Shown one piece after another: positions 19,011 through 29,255 of a stretch of DNA of 64,000 nucleotides; within the stretch, counting starts at the first letter, position 1, and each line of letters begins with the position of its first letter. Location: the NCBI GenBank assembly GCA_029250225.1, contig JAQWUY010000031.1:226948-290947 (forward strand). The letters are read 5' to 3'. A program made the position numbers and the translations under genes. Source of the DNA: Alphaproteobacteria bacterium. GTDB lineage: Bacteria; Pseudomonadota; Alphaproteobacteria; JAQWUY01. The notes under the pieces were generated by a model that saw only the letters and a program-made list of their open reading frames with translations, ran no database searches and was not told where the DNA came from.

Positions 19011-22000
19011 ATGCTAAACTATCTTTTTTCAAGATCTAAAATAGCTCTTACATTCATAGTTATGATGTTAATATTGGGATATAATTCTTTTAAATTAATT
19101 CCAAAAGAAGCAAACCCAGATGTAACTATTCCGATAATGTATATCAGTATGAAACTCGATGGAATTTCACCAGAAGACAGTGAAAAGTCTCTTATTAAAC
19201 CAATGGAAGCAGAATTAAAATCTGTAACCGGAGTGAAAAAGATGAATTCAAGTGCTTATAAAGGTGGTGGTAATGTGGTATTAGAATTTTATGCCGGTTA
19301 CAATCTTGAAAAAGCATATAATGATGTAAAAAAAGAAGTCGATAATATTAACACACTTCCCAATGATGCAGAAAAACCAAAAATATTTGAAGTAAATGTA
19401 TCTGAAATTCCAATAATTGATGTCAATATTTGGGGTGATGCTGATGATAGAAGTATGTTAGAGGTAGCAAAAGATTTAAAAAATAAATTTCGCAGTATTA
19501 AATCTGTTTTAGATGTAAATATAAATGGTGAAAGAGATGAGTTAATAAACTTAATCGTAAAACCAGAAATAATGGAATTATATCAAATAACTCCTAATCA
19601 AATCGAGTTAGCATTAAAAAAAGCAAATGTTATTTTATCATCTAGTGAACAAGAAAATAAAAAAACAGGAGCATTTAATATAAAGCTACCCAATTCATCA
19701 AAAAAAATTGATGATATTTTAAAAACACCAATCATAGTAAAAGGCGATAGTAAAATATTATTGAAAGATATTGCCGTATATAACCGTGGATTATCTAGTA
19801 CAAATGTTAGAACAAAATTTAACGGTAGAAATAGTATAAATATTGAGATTACCAAAAGAAGCGGTACTAACCTTTTAGAGACTACAAAAAAAATTATACA
19901 AATTATTGAACAAGAAAATGTAGAGCTAAACAAAAAAAATATAAATGTGTCTGTATCAAATGATTCATCAAAAGATATAGAAAGAATGTTAAGTGAATTA
20001 AACAACAGTATAATAACATCTGTATTATTAATTATGGTAGTTGTAGTTGCTGTTCTTGGGCTAAAAAATGGATTACTTGTTGGTTTTGCTATACCGTTTT
20101 CTTTTTTATCAGGAATTTTTATAATAGCCTTAATGGGATATTCAATAAATGTTGTTGTTTTATTTGGTCTTATTCTTTCAATAGGTATGTTAGTTGACGG
20201 TGCGATAGTAGTTTCAGAATATGCACAAAGAAAACAAGATGAAGGACATTCTTTAAAGAAATCTTTTATTATGTCTATACATAAAATGAGTAAACCTATT
20301 ATATCAGCAACAGCAACAACACTTGTTGCATTTATGCCATTATTGATATGGCCTGGTATAATAGGCGAATTTATGAAGTTTATACCGATTACATTAATTA
20401 TTGTATTATCTTGTTCTGCGTTGGTTGCTTTATTATTTATGCCTATAATAGGTGTTAATATTAACACATTTACAAAAGTAATGATTTTTGTTTCAATTAT
20501 ATTTATTTCTATGCAATTATTTGGATTAATTGGTATTGTGCTTGGTATTTTAATATCATCAATAATAGTAAGATCTGTAAGAATAAATTTAGAAAAACCA
20601 AATGTGCCAAGAGTTGTCAAATCTATTACATCAATTAATTTAAAAGATTATAAAAAATCTGCATCAAAATTTATGGTTAAATATTGTGACTTATTAGTAC
20701 TTACAATTAATAATCCAAAGAAAATATTATTTATTACATTATCAGGATTAATTTTATCGTGGACTTTATTTGGTTTATTTGGCAAAGGAACCTCGTTCTT
20801 TCCAGATAGTGAACCTTCAACATTCAAATTAAATATACATAATCCGGCTAATTTATCATTAATGGAAAAAGAAAGACTTGTTAATAAAGTTGAGAAAGAA
20901 ATATTTAAATACAATGACGAAAATAAATATTTCACATATATTAACACCAGTGTTGGTGGTAGATCAGGACGCCGTTCTATAAGAAATGATAGAATAGGAT
21001 ATATTACCATTGAATTACAGGATTGGAGCGTTCGCCCATCTTATAAATTGATAAAACAAGAAATTCTAGAAAGAATAGACCACATTAAAGGTATAGAAAT
21101 AAGAAGCGCTAAACCACAAAAAGGCCCTAGAACCGATAAAGATGTACAATTAATTATTACCGGCCCAAATCGTGATGATATAACAAAGAGTATTAAAAAA
21201 ATAAAAAATCATATGGAAAAAAAGGGAATTTTTATTGAAATAGATTCAACTATAAATAAAACAGGAATCGAATTTTCTTATGAACCAAATATGGAAAAAA
21301 TACAAGAAACAGGCGTAAATGTAAGAACAATTAGTGATTTAATAAAAATGTTAACACAAGGTAAAGAAGTATTTGATTTCCGCCCCGACTACACAGAAGA
21401 AGAAGTTAAAGTTATACTAAAACTACCTGAAAAATATAATACTATTACTGGAATAGAAGAGTTGAGAGTACAGACCCCTAACGGAGCTGTGCCGATGATG
21501 GACTTAGTAAATAAAAAATATAGTCGCAAAGTTAGTGCTTTACATAGTGAAAATGATAAAAAAATTGAAAGAATATCAGCTAATTTAAAAATTGGTTATG
21601 TAGCAAATAATGAAATAAATAATTTATTAAAAGAAATTGATAAAAATAACCTATTAGTAGGGAAATCAGACCTATATCTAAGTGGTGATAAAGAGGAAGA
21701 GAACTCTTCTAAGGAATTTCTTTCAAAAGCATTTGTTGTTGCTATATTTTTAATGTTTATAATATTGTTAATACAATTTAATAGCTTTTACCTAACATTT
21801 ATAATTCTTTTTTCTATCATATTATCAACTGTTGGTGTTTTCTTAGGCTTATTTATATTACAAAAACCGTTTTCTATTGTAATGTCTGGACTTGCTGTAA
21901 TATCTCTGGCTGGAATAGTAGTGAATAATAATATAGTATTAGTTGATACATTTCTTGGACTTAAAGAAACAGAACGAGAAGTAAAAGATGCTATAATAAA

Positions 22001-22241
22001 AACAGCTCTTGTTCGTTTTCGTCCAGTTCTGTTAACATCTTCCACAACTGCACTAGGTTTATTACCCACTGCAATGGGGGTTGGGATTGATTTCTTTAAT
22101 AGAACTGTATCGATTGATGCGCCTAGCTCTCAAATATGGATATTACTTAGTCAAAATATTCTTTTTGGATTAATATTTGCGACAATACTTACACTTGTTA
22201 TAACCCCTGTTATGCTTGCTGTGTTTTATAATAAAAAATGA
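19011..22241 (+). CDS. AcrB/AcrD/AcrF family RND permease
   Basis: 1076 aa; GMLVDGAIVVSE, GIVVNNNIVLVD, RFRPVLLT. Confidence 0.95.
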   Translation: MLNYLFSRSKIALTFIVMMLILGYNSFKLIPKEANPDVTIPIMYISMKLDGISPEDSEKSLIKPMEAELKSVTGVKKMNSSAYKGGGNVVLEFYAGYNLEKAYNDVKKEVDNINTLPNDAEKPKIFEVNVSEIPIIDVNIWGDADDRSMLEVAKDLKNKFRSIKSVLDVNINGERDELINLIVKPEIMELYQITPNQIELALKKANVILSSSEQENKKTGAFNIKLPNSSKKIDDILKTPIIVKGDSKILLKDIAVYNRGLSSTNVRTKFNGRNSINIEITKRSGTNLLETTKKIIQIIEQENVELNKKNINVSVSNDSSKDIERMLSELNNSIITSVLLIMVVVVAVLGLKNGLLVGFAIPFSFLSGIFIIALMGYSINVVVLFGLILSIGMLVDGAIVVSEYAQRKQDEGHSLKKSFIMSIHKMSKPIISATATTLVAFMPLLIWPGIIGEFMKFIPITLIIVLSCSALVALLFMPIIGVNINTFTKVMIFVSIIFISMQLFGLIGIVLGILISSIIVRSVRINLEKPNVPRVVKSITSINLKDYKKSASKFMVKYCDLLVLTINNPKKILFITLSGLILSWTLFGLFGKGTSFFPDSEPSTFKLNIHNPANLSLMEKERLVNKVEKEIFKYNDENKYFTYINTSVGGRSGRRSIRNDRIGYITIELQDWSVRPSYKLIKQEILERIDHIKGIEIRSAKPQKGPRTDKDVQLIITGPNRDDITKSIKKIKNHMEKKGIFIEIDSTINKTGIEFSYEPNMEKIQETGVNVRTISDLIKMLTQGKEVFDFRPDYTEEEVKVILKLPEKYNTITGIEELRVQTPNGAVPMMDLVNKKYSRKVSALHSENDKKIERISANLKIGYVANNEINNLLKEIDKNNLLVGKSDLYLSGDKEEENSSKEFLSKAFVVAIFLMFIILLIQFNSFYLTFIILFSIILSTVGVFLGLFILQKPFSIVMSGLAVISLAGIVVNNNIVLVDTFLGLKETEREVKDAIIKTALVRFRPVLLTSSTTALGLLPTAMGVGIDFFNRTVSIDAPSSQIWILLSQNILFGLIFATILTLVITPVMLAVFYNKK

Positions 22242-22258
22242 TTTATATAAAAAATATA

Positions 22259-22981
22259 TTATTTTTTAAAAGATTTTTTTAATTTATTATAAGTAGGGAT
22301 TGATATCGCAATTGTCATTAAATAAGAAAATAAAACAACACTTAATGTTAGCCAAGGAAGACCTGATAAACCAGCCATTATTCCACCTATAACCAACATA
22401 ATTAATGGAATATACTTTCTTTCAATTTTTGCCTTTTTAAAAGAAAACATTGGTATAGTTGAAACCATTAACAACCCAATCAATAAAACCCAAATAGGTA
22501 CAATAATGTTTGGAATAATAATCTGATTAAATGATAACGTCATAGGTAATAATGCAACTAATGCACCCGCCGGAGCAGGTATTCCCTGAAAATAATTATC
22601 CGCATAAGGTGGTAATTTATCCAACATTGTATTAAATCTTGCTAGTCTTAATGAGCAACAAACAACAAAAAATAAAGATATCCCCCAACCGATACCGCCA
22701 AATTCATTTAATACCCAAAAGTATAATATAAATGCCGGTGCCACACCAAATGCAACAAAGTCGGATAAGCTATCTAGTATTTCACCAAAATTTGATGTTG
22801 CTTTTAGCATTCTTGCGGCTCTACCATCTAGTCCATCAAAAATTGCTGATATAATTATACATATAATTGATTTTTCCCATAGGCCGGCTAGTGCATACCT
22901 AATACCTGTCAAAGCTAGACAAGTACCGGCTAAGGTAATAGCATTAGGAATGATAAAAGAAACCCTAAATTGATTTTGCAT
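22259..22981 (-). CDS. pssA: CDP-diacylglycerol-serine O-phosphatidyltransferase
   Basis: DGLDGRAAR...FG...DSLSD CDP-alcohol motif, RLARFN, FQGIPAP; follows psd. Confidence 0.93.
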   Translation of the reverse strand: MQNQFRVSFIIPNAITLAGTCLALTGIRYALAGLWEKSIICIIISAIFDGLDGRAARMLKATSNFGEILDSLSDFVAFGVAPAFILYFWVLNEFGGIGWGISLFFVVCCSLRLARFNTMLDKLPPYADNYFQGIPAPAGALVALLPMTLSFNQIIIPNIIVPIWVLLIGLLMVSTIPMFSFKKAKIERKYIPLIMLVIGGIMAGLSGLPWLTLSVVLFSYLMTIAISIPTYNKLKKSFKK

Positions 22982-23000
22982 TATTAATAAATCCCTTCAA

Positions 23001-23705
23001 TTAATCGGATTTGCATAGACATTCATTTTGTTGTTTTTCGATAAAGTTTGCGATGATACTTTCACCCGCAATAACTGTTTGACCAACAGAAACTTTTGAC
23101 TTAATGCCCTTTGGTAAATATACATCAACACGAGAACCAAATCTTATCAAGCCGAATCTTTCACCAGCACTTAAAACATCATCAGGCTGAACATATGTTT
23201 TAATTCGCCTTGCAACTAATCCAGCGATTTGTACAAATGCAACTTTTGTTCCATTTTTATGTTCTATTATAAAGCTCTGTCTCTCATTATCTTGACTTGA
23301 TTTGTCTAGATCAGCATTAAAGAAATTTCCTGCTTTATATTCAACAACTTTAATTTTACCAGAAATAGGAGAACGATTTACATGAACATTAAATATATTC
23401 ATAAAAATACTTACCCTTGTAAGTTTTTCATCGTCCATATTTAATTCAGCCGGAGGAGTTGCCTCTGTAATCATCTGAACCACACCATCAGCAGGCGATA
23501 TTATTAATCCATCTTGTGTAGGTGTAAAACGCACTGGGTCACGAAAGAAAGCAGTACACCAAAGCGTTAAAACAAGGCCGATAAAGGTTAGTATAGTAAA
23601 ATCAAGTAAATAAAAAAATACAGTAATTGCGAAAAATATAGCAATAAATTTGTGACCTTCTTTATTTATTGGTATTAGTATAGGTTTTATAAAATCTAAG
23701 TTCAT
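23001..23705 (-). CDS. psd: Phosphatidylserine decarboxylase proenzyme
   Basis: FFRDP, SPADG, VHVNRSP, RFGSRVD cleavage site; start set at the ATG at 23705 after GGGAG. Confidence 0.95.
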   Translation of the reverse strand: MNLDFIKPILIPINKEGHKFIAIFFAITVFFYLLDFTILTFIGLVLTLWCTAFFRDPVRFTPTQDGLIISPADGVVQMITEATPPAELNMDDEKLTRVSIFMNIFNVHVNRSPISGKIKVVEYKAGNFFNADLDKSSQDNERQSFIIEHKNGTKVAFVQIAGLVARRIKTYVQPDDVLSAGERFGLIRFGSRVDVYLPKGIKSKVSVGQTVIAGESIIANFIEKQQNECLCKSD

Positions 23706-23740
23706 ATTACATGCTCCCAAAAAAAATTTAACAATTTATG

Positions 23741-23814
23741 ATACCATATTTTTATAAAAAATATAACTAAAATAAATTATTTTAGTATTTAACCTTATTT
23801 ATAAAATATGGTAT
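23741..23814. repeat. Nested imperfect palindrome in the psd/icd divergent intergenic region
   Basis: Outer arms ATACCATATTTT/AAAATATGGTAT (12 bp, extendable by 5 bp past a 1-nt bulge); inner perfect 10-bp arms ACTAAAATAA/TTATTTTAGT. Confidence 0.75.
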
Positions 23815-23873
23815 GTTTGTCTGGATTAAAAATACACATAATTATCTAAAACAAGGAGAAGGGATTAAAAAGT

Positions 23874-25088
23874 ATGAAAAAAATAAAAGTAATAAATCCA
23901 ATAGTAGAACTAGATGGTGATGAAATGACAAAAATAATATGGGATTTCATCAAGAAAAAACTTATTCTACCGTATTTAGATGTTGATTTAAAATACTATG
24001 ATTTAAGTATTGAAAAAAGAGATGAAACAGACGACCAAATAACCGTTGATTCAGCCGAAGCAATCAAAAAATACGGTGTCGGTGTTAAATGTGCAACAAT
24101 CACACCTGATGAAGCAAGAGTTAAAGAATTTAATTTAAAAGAAATGTGGAGATCACCTAACGGTACTATCCGTAATATATTGGGTGGAACGGTATTTCGT
24201 GAACCTATCGTATGTTCAAATATTCCCCGCTATGTTCCCGGTTGGAAAAACCCTATTATAGTTGCAAGACACGCATTTGGCGATCAATATCGTGCAACTG
24301 ATTTTGTTGTGCCAGAGGCTGGTAAATTAACAATTAGATTTGAATCAAACGATGGAAAAAAAGTAATAGAGCGAGAAGTATTTGAATTTAAAGATTCAGG
24401 AATTGCACTTTCTATGTACAATGTTGATGAAAGTATAAAAGGTTTTGCTCACGCTTGCTTTAATTATTCTATCGACAGAAAAATACCTTGCCTGTTATCA
24501 ACAAAAAATACTATTTTAAAAGCTTACGATGGTAGATTTAAAGATATTTTCCAAGAAATATTTGACAATGAATACAAAGCTAAATTTGATGAATTAGGTA
24601 TATGGTATGAACACAGATTAATTGATGATTTGGTTGCATTTGCAATTAAATCAGAAGGTGATTTCTTGTGGGCTTGTAAAAATTATGACGGCGATGTTCA
24701 ATCCGATATTGTTGCACAAGGTTTTGGCTCTCTTGGTTTAATGACTTCGGTATTAATGACACCAGATGGAAAAACCATAGAATCAGAAGCAGCACACGGA
24801 ACGGTAACTCGTCACTATCGTCGACACCAACAAGGCAAAGAAACTTCTACAAACCCAATTGCATCTATTTTTGCTTGGACTCGTGGATTAAAATACCGTG
24901 GTAAATTTGACGATACACCGGAAGTTATTGAATTTGCTGAAAAGCTTGAACAAGTTTGTGTTGAAACCGTTGAACAAGGTAAAATGACCAAAGATTTAGC
25001 ATTGCTAGTTTCAAAAGATCAAGCTTATTTAACAACTAATGAATTTCTAGATGAACTAGACAAAAAGCTACAACAAAAAATGGCTTAA
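23874..25088 (+). CDS. icd: NADP-dependent isocitrate dehydrogenase (dimeric, eukaryote-like)
   Basis: [48 protein letters not shown]. Confidence 0.98.
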   Translation: MKKIKVINPIVELDGDEMTKIIWDFIKKKLILPYLDVDLKYYDLSIEKRDETDDQITVDSAEAIKKYGVGVKCATITPDEARVKEFNLKEMWRSPNGTIRNILGGTVFREPIVCSNIPRYVPGWKNPIIVARHAFGDQYRATDFVVPEAGKLTIRFESNDGKKVIEREVFEFKDSGIALSMYNVDESIKGFAHACFNYSIDRKIPCLLSTKNTILKAYDGRFKDIFQEIFDNEYKAKFDELGIWYEHRLIDDLVAFAIKSEGDFLWACKNYDGDVQSDIVAQGFGSLGLMTSVLMTPDGKTIESEAAHGTVTRHYRRHQQGKETSTNPIASIFAWTRGLKYRGKFDDTPEVIEFAEKLEQVCVETVEQGKMTKDLALLVSKDQAYLTTNEFLDELDKKLQQKMA

Positions 25089-25131
25089 CAAAAACAAACC
25101 ACCTTATGATTATATAAGGTGGTTTTTTGTT
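25086..25131. terminator. Bidirectional terminator between icd and cobT
   Basis: AACCACCTTAT/ATAAGGTGGTT stem flanked by A- and T-runs, between convergent genes. Confidence 0.85.
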
Positions 25132-25133
25132 AT

Positions 25134-26174
25134 TTAGTTTTTAACAGATATCATAGCTTCTGAAAATGTAGCCATACCGTTGTGGCAATTGATTGCAGAA
25201 CGCAATATTCCCAATGCTAATACTGCCCCTGATGCTTCGCCAAGTCGCATATTCATATTTAATAAAGGTTCTTTATTAATTATATCTAGTAATCTAACGT
25301 GACCTATTTCGGTTGATAAATGTGAAATTAAGCAATGATCAATATATGTTTTATCATAACTATATAAAATAGAACAAGCAACTGAGGCTGTAAAACCATC
25401 AATTATTACTGGAATATTAGCCATACGGCCTGCTATTATTGCACCGACAATAGCACACAATTCAAATCCGCCTAAATGTTGTAATACTTTTAGCCCGTCG
25501 ACTTTACCATCAATAGTAAAGTTTTCTCTGTGTTTTTTGACACCTTCACTTACAACACGAACTTTTTTTTCAAAGACATCACCACCAACACCTGAACCAG
25601 AGCCTGTCCAATCAATAGCATTACCGCCAAATAAAGCATAAGCCATAGCAGAACCGGATGTAGTATTAGCAATCCCCATTTCACCAAGACACAGCAAATC
25701 AATGCCTGGTTCAACGGTTGTCATACCATAGCATATTGCATTAACACAATCTTGTTCTGTCATAGCTGGTTTTTCAGTAAAATCTTGGGTTGGTTTTGCA
25801 ATTCCCATTTCATAAACTCTTAGTTCCGCATCTTGTTGTTTACAAAGTTGATTAACACAAGCACCGCCATTTTGAAAATTCATTACCATTTGTGCTGTTA
25901 CTTCTTGCGGAAATGCTGAAACTCCTTGTTTTGAAACACCGTGGTTACCTGCGAAAACTGATACCCTAGGTCTTGAAATTGTTGCGGGATATCGCCCCTG
26001 CCATTTTGATAACCAAAATGCAAGATCTTCTAATTTACCTAGCGATCCAATTGGTTTTGTAAGTTCTTCATTACGAGATTTTGCTAAATTTTCACTTTTT
26101 TCACAAGAATTAGGAAACACATCAAAAATTTTTCTAATCTCTTCAAAGTTATTTAATTCTGGTTTGCTATTCAT
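25134..26174 (-). CDS. cobT: Nicotinate-nucleotide-dimethylbenzimidazole phosphoribosyltransferase
   Basis: LTKPIGSLGKLE, FAGNHGV, GEMGIANTT, MRLGEASGA; start set at the ATG at 26174. Confidence 0.96.
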   Translation of the reverse strand: MNSKPELNNFEEIRKIFDVFPNSCEKSENLAKSRNEELTKPIGSLGKLEDLAFWLSKWQGRYPATISRPRVSVFAGNHGVSKQGVSAFPQEVTAQMVMNFQNGGACVNQLCKQQDAELRVYEMGIAKPTQDFTEKPAMTEQDCVNAICYGMTTVEPGIDLLCLGEMGIANTTSGSAMAYALFGGNAIDWTGSGSGVGGDVFEKKVRVVSEGVKKHRENFTIDGKVDGLKVLQHLGGFELCAIVGAIIAGRMANIPVIIDGFTASVACSILYSYDKTYIDHCLISHLSTEIGHVRLLDIINKEPLLNMNMRLGEASGAVLALGILRSAINCHNGMATFSEAMISVKN

Positions 26175-26290
26175 ATTACCCCAATACATTTTAATTATTT
26201 TATCAAAATGTAATATATTTATTGTTCTTTTTCAAATTAAAATATAATATAATTTATTATTATAAGATATAAATCAAGAACAGGCAAAAA

Positions 26291-27064
26291 ATGATTAAAT
26301 TAATAGAACAAATAATAATTGCAACTACACTGTTAAGTCGTATTCCAATGCCTAATATGAAACACGGCAATGCTAAGTTAAAAAATCTTGCTTGGGCATA
26401 CCCTATTGTTGGATTAATATTATCATCTATATATGTTGTATTTATAATATCTAGTGTGTACTTACCTTTTGAATTGCCAATATTGTTATTATCAATAATA
26501 ATTGTAATGATTAGTATATTCATTACGGGTGCTTTACATTTTGATGGTTTAGCTGACATTTCAGATGGTTTTTGGGGTGGATATGATAAAAAGCATCGTC
26601 TTGAAATTATGCAAGATTCAAACATTGGTACATTTGGAACCATTTCAATAATAATTTCCTTGATGCTTTATGTTGTTATATTAAATGAAATAAATGATTT
26701 GTTTTTAATATCTGTGTTCTTGATTATTTCATCAATTTTATCAAGAGGAATTATGGGAATAATACAGTTAACAAACCAACAAGCAAAAAAAACTGGTTTA
26801 TTAAATTATGTGTCAAAAGAAAATAAAATTAAATATAATATATTACAAATTTTATTCATTTTAATATTTACATCAGCAATAATAATACACTTAACAAATA
26901 TAACAATATTGTTAAAATTATTAATTGTATCGTTTGTAGTTTGGGGATTACTATCATTACTATATCGCAAAAAAATAGGTGGGATTAACGGTGATTGCCT
27001 AGGTGCAAGCCAAGTAATTAGCGAAATCATAATATTACTAACTTTATACGGAATTAATCAATGA
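26291..27064 (+). CDS. cobS: Adenosylcobinamide-GDP ribazoletransferase (cobalamin synthase)
   Basis: TGALHFDGLADISDG, IMQDSNIGTFG, GGINGDCLGA; polytopic membrane protein. Confidence 0.95.
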   Translation: MIKLIEQIIIATTLLSRIPMPNMKHGNAKLKNLAWAYPIVGLILSSIYVVFIISSVYLPFELPILLLSIIIVMISIFITGALHFDGLADISDGFWGGYDKKHRLEIMQDSNIGTFGTISIIISLMLYVVILNEINDLFLISVFLIISSILSRGIMGIIQLTNQQAKKTGLLNYVSKENKIKYNILQILFILIFTSAIIIHLTNITILLKLLIVSFVVWGLLSLLYRKKIGGINGDCLGASQVISEIIILLTLYGINQ

Positions 27065-27708
27065 GTAACGAATGGATAAAAACTAACTGGTATTGTATAA
27101 GACACGCTGTTGTTGCTAAACATACCCACAAAGGAACATTTTACGGTTCACAAGATGTTGATTGTACACCTTGTAATGACCTATCAAAATGGAATGCAAA
27201 TAATTTACCGAACGAAGATAATATATTAATAACCTCTAAATTAAAACGAACAATACAAACGGCAAATGCAATTAAAGAAGCAGGAGCGATTTTACCGGAA
27301 CAAATTGAAATTCCTGAATTTAATGAACAATGTTTTGGTGTATGGGAAAACAAACCATTCAAAGATGTATACAAAGAAACAGATGAGGTATTCTGGTTTG
27401 CACCAGCACATACCGTTATAGAACAAGGGGAAAGTTTTATGAATTTATACGGAAGAACTGCACACCGTATGCACCAATTAACCCATAAATATGCCGGTAA
27501 AAATATAATATCTGTAACACACGGTGGAACAATTCGTGCAATGATTGCATTTGCAATGGACTTAGCAATGGATAATGCATTAAACATAACAATTGATAAT
27601 CAATCAATAACTTTACTAGAACATTTTCACAAAAAAGAAAGTAAAGAAAAAGGCAAATGGCGAGTAAGATTTATTAATAAATTACCCATTGAAAGCCTAG
27701 ATATATGA
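27061..27708 (+). CDS. cobC: Histidine phosphatase, probable alpha-ribazole/adenosylcobalamin phosphatase
   Basis: RHA (RHG-like), EQCFGVWE, GESF, THGGTIR; coupled between cobS and cobU. Confidence 0.75.
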   Translation: MSNEWIKTNWYCIRHAVVAKHTHKGTFYGSQDVDCTPCNDLSKWNANNLPNEDNILITSKLKRTIQTANAIKEAGAILPEQIEIPEFNEQCFGVWENKPFKDVYKETDEVFWFAPAHTVIEQGESFMNLYGRTAHRMHQLTHKYAGKNIISVTHGGTIRAMIAFAMDLAMDNALNITIDNQSITLLEHFHKKESKEKGKWRVRFINKLPIESLDI

Positions 27709-28223
27709 TACATTTAATTTTAGGTGGAATAAAATCGGGTAAAACGGCATTTGCTCTGGAAACTGTAAATAATCTAAGCAAAGAAAAAAAACTTAATAAA
27801 ACATATCTTGCAACATCGAATATATTTGATGAAGAAATGCAAGAAAAAGTGGATAAACACAAACAAGAACGCAACGAAACTTGGAAAAATATAGAAGAGC
27901 CAATAAACATAGCAGAAATAATAAAAAAAAATAATAGCGATAATATTGTATTATTGGATTGTATATCAATGTGGCTAGCCAATCTTTTATTAAAAGAATT
28001 AGACATAGAAAAGCACACCGCCGAATTAATTAATACATTAAAATCAACTAAAAGCGATATTATCATCGTGTCAAATGAGGTGGGGCGTAGTTTAGTTAGC
28101 GAAAATAAATTAGGCCGTAAATTTCAAAACGAACAAGGCTTATTAAATCAAAAAATAACAAGTGTCGCAAATAAAGTAGATTTAGTTATCGCCGGCTTAA
28201 CATTAAATTTAAAAGGAGAGTAA
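27705..28223 (+). CDS. cobU: Bifunctional adenosylcobinamide kinase/guanylyltransferase (CobU/CobP)
   Basis: GGIKSGKT P-loop, DEEM...H...R, LLDCISMWL, VSNEVG, AGL. Confidence 0.94.
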   Translation: MIHLILGGIKSGKTAFALETVNNLSKEKKLNKTYLATSNIFDEEMQEKVDKHKQERNETWKNIEEPINIAEIIKKNNSDNIVLLDCISMWLANLLLKELDIEKHTAELINTLKSTKSDIIIVSNEVGRSLVSENKLGRKFQNEQGLLNQKITSVANKVDLVIAGLTLNLKGE

Positions 28224-28226
28224 AAT

Positions 28227-29255
28227 ATGAATAAAATTCCAGCAACAGTAATAACGGGATTCTTGGGTGCAGGTAAAACAAGTATTATCCGTCATATGAT
28301 TGAAAACAATAATGATAAGAAATTAGCATTTTTAATAAATGAATTTGGTGATTTGGGAATTGATCGTGAAGTATTGCTAGGTTGTGGTATGGAAGATTGT
28401 CAGGAAGAGGATATCGTAGAATTGTCAAATGGCTGTATTTGCTGTACTGTCGCAGATGACTTTTTACCAACAATGGAAAAATTGCTTGATCGCGAAAATC
28501 CACCCCAACACATATTAATTGAAACATCAGGCTTAGCATTGCCAAAACCACTAGTAAAAGCTTTTGACTGGCCTAGTGTAAAATCAAGAGCGACGGTTGA
28601 CGGTGTTATAACCGTTGTTGATTCAAAAGCATTATCAGAAGGAAAATTTGCATCAGATGAACAAATGGTGCAAAAACAACGCCAAGAAGATGAAAGCCTA
28701 GATCACGAAAACCCTCTACACGAAGTTTTTGCCGATCAGTTATTATGTGCTGATGTAGTAATTATGAACAAAATTGATTTACTAGAAGAATCTGAAATCA
28801 AAAAAATTAAGTTAGAATTAAAATCACAAGTTCGTGACGGTGTATCGTTTATTGAAAGCTCAAATGCTTCTGTTTCTAGTGATGCTATATTAGGTCTTGG
28901 CTTTGCAAGTGAAGAAACAATAAATGAGCGTAAAACACACCAAGAACACCATCACCACGATGAACACGATCACGATGAATTTAATTCATTTACTGTTGAA
29001 TTAGGTGAAGTTAAAAACATTGATAAACTAGAAAAAGATTTATTATCAGTGGTAAAAAAATATAATATTCTTAGGGTAAAAGGATTTATCTATAATTCAG
29101 AAAAAACTATGAGGCAAGTAATCCAAGGTGTGGGGCCTCGATTTACAAAATACTTTGATCGCCCTTGGAATGACAACGAAATCAAATCAACGAGATTAGT
29201 TATTATTGGTTTACACGACATCAACCCTGAACAAGTGGCATCTGAATTAAAGTGA
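28227..29255 (+). CDS. cobW: CobW (COG0523) metallochaperone GTPase
   Basis: TGFLGAGKT, GCICCTVADDF, ETSGLALPKPL, His-rich HHHHDEHDHD, ILRVKG. Confidence 0.95.
   Translation: MNKIPATVITGFLGAGKTSIIRHMIENNNDKKLAFLINEFGDLGIDREVLLGCGMEDCQEEDIVELSNGCICCTVADDFLPTMEKLLDRENPPQHILIETSGLALPKPLVKAFDWPSVKSRATVDGVITVVDSKALSEGKFASDEQMVQKQRQEDESLDHENPLHEVFADQLLCADVVIMNKIDLLEESEIKKIKLELKSQVRDGVSFIESSNASVSSDAILGLGFASEETINERKTHQEHHHHDEHDHDEFNSFTVELGEVKNIDKLEKDLLSVVKKYNILRVKGFIYNSEKTMRQVIQGVGPRFTKYFDRPWNDNEIKSTRLVIIGLHDINPEQVASELK

Noticed and set aside
19598-20620. 340-aa antisense ORF inside the RND permease gene
   Set aside because: Shadow frame of a hydrophobic AT-rich gene; Ile/Asn/Thr-rich with no recognisable motifs.
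26175-26290. Cobalamin riboswitch between cobT and cobS
   Set aside because: Only about 116 bp, very AT-rich, and no B12-box is visible.
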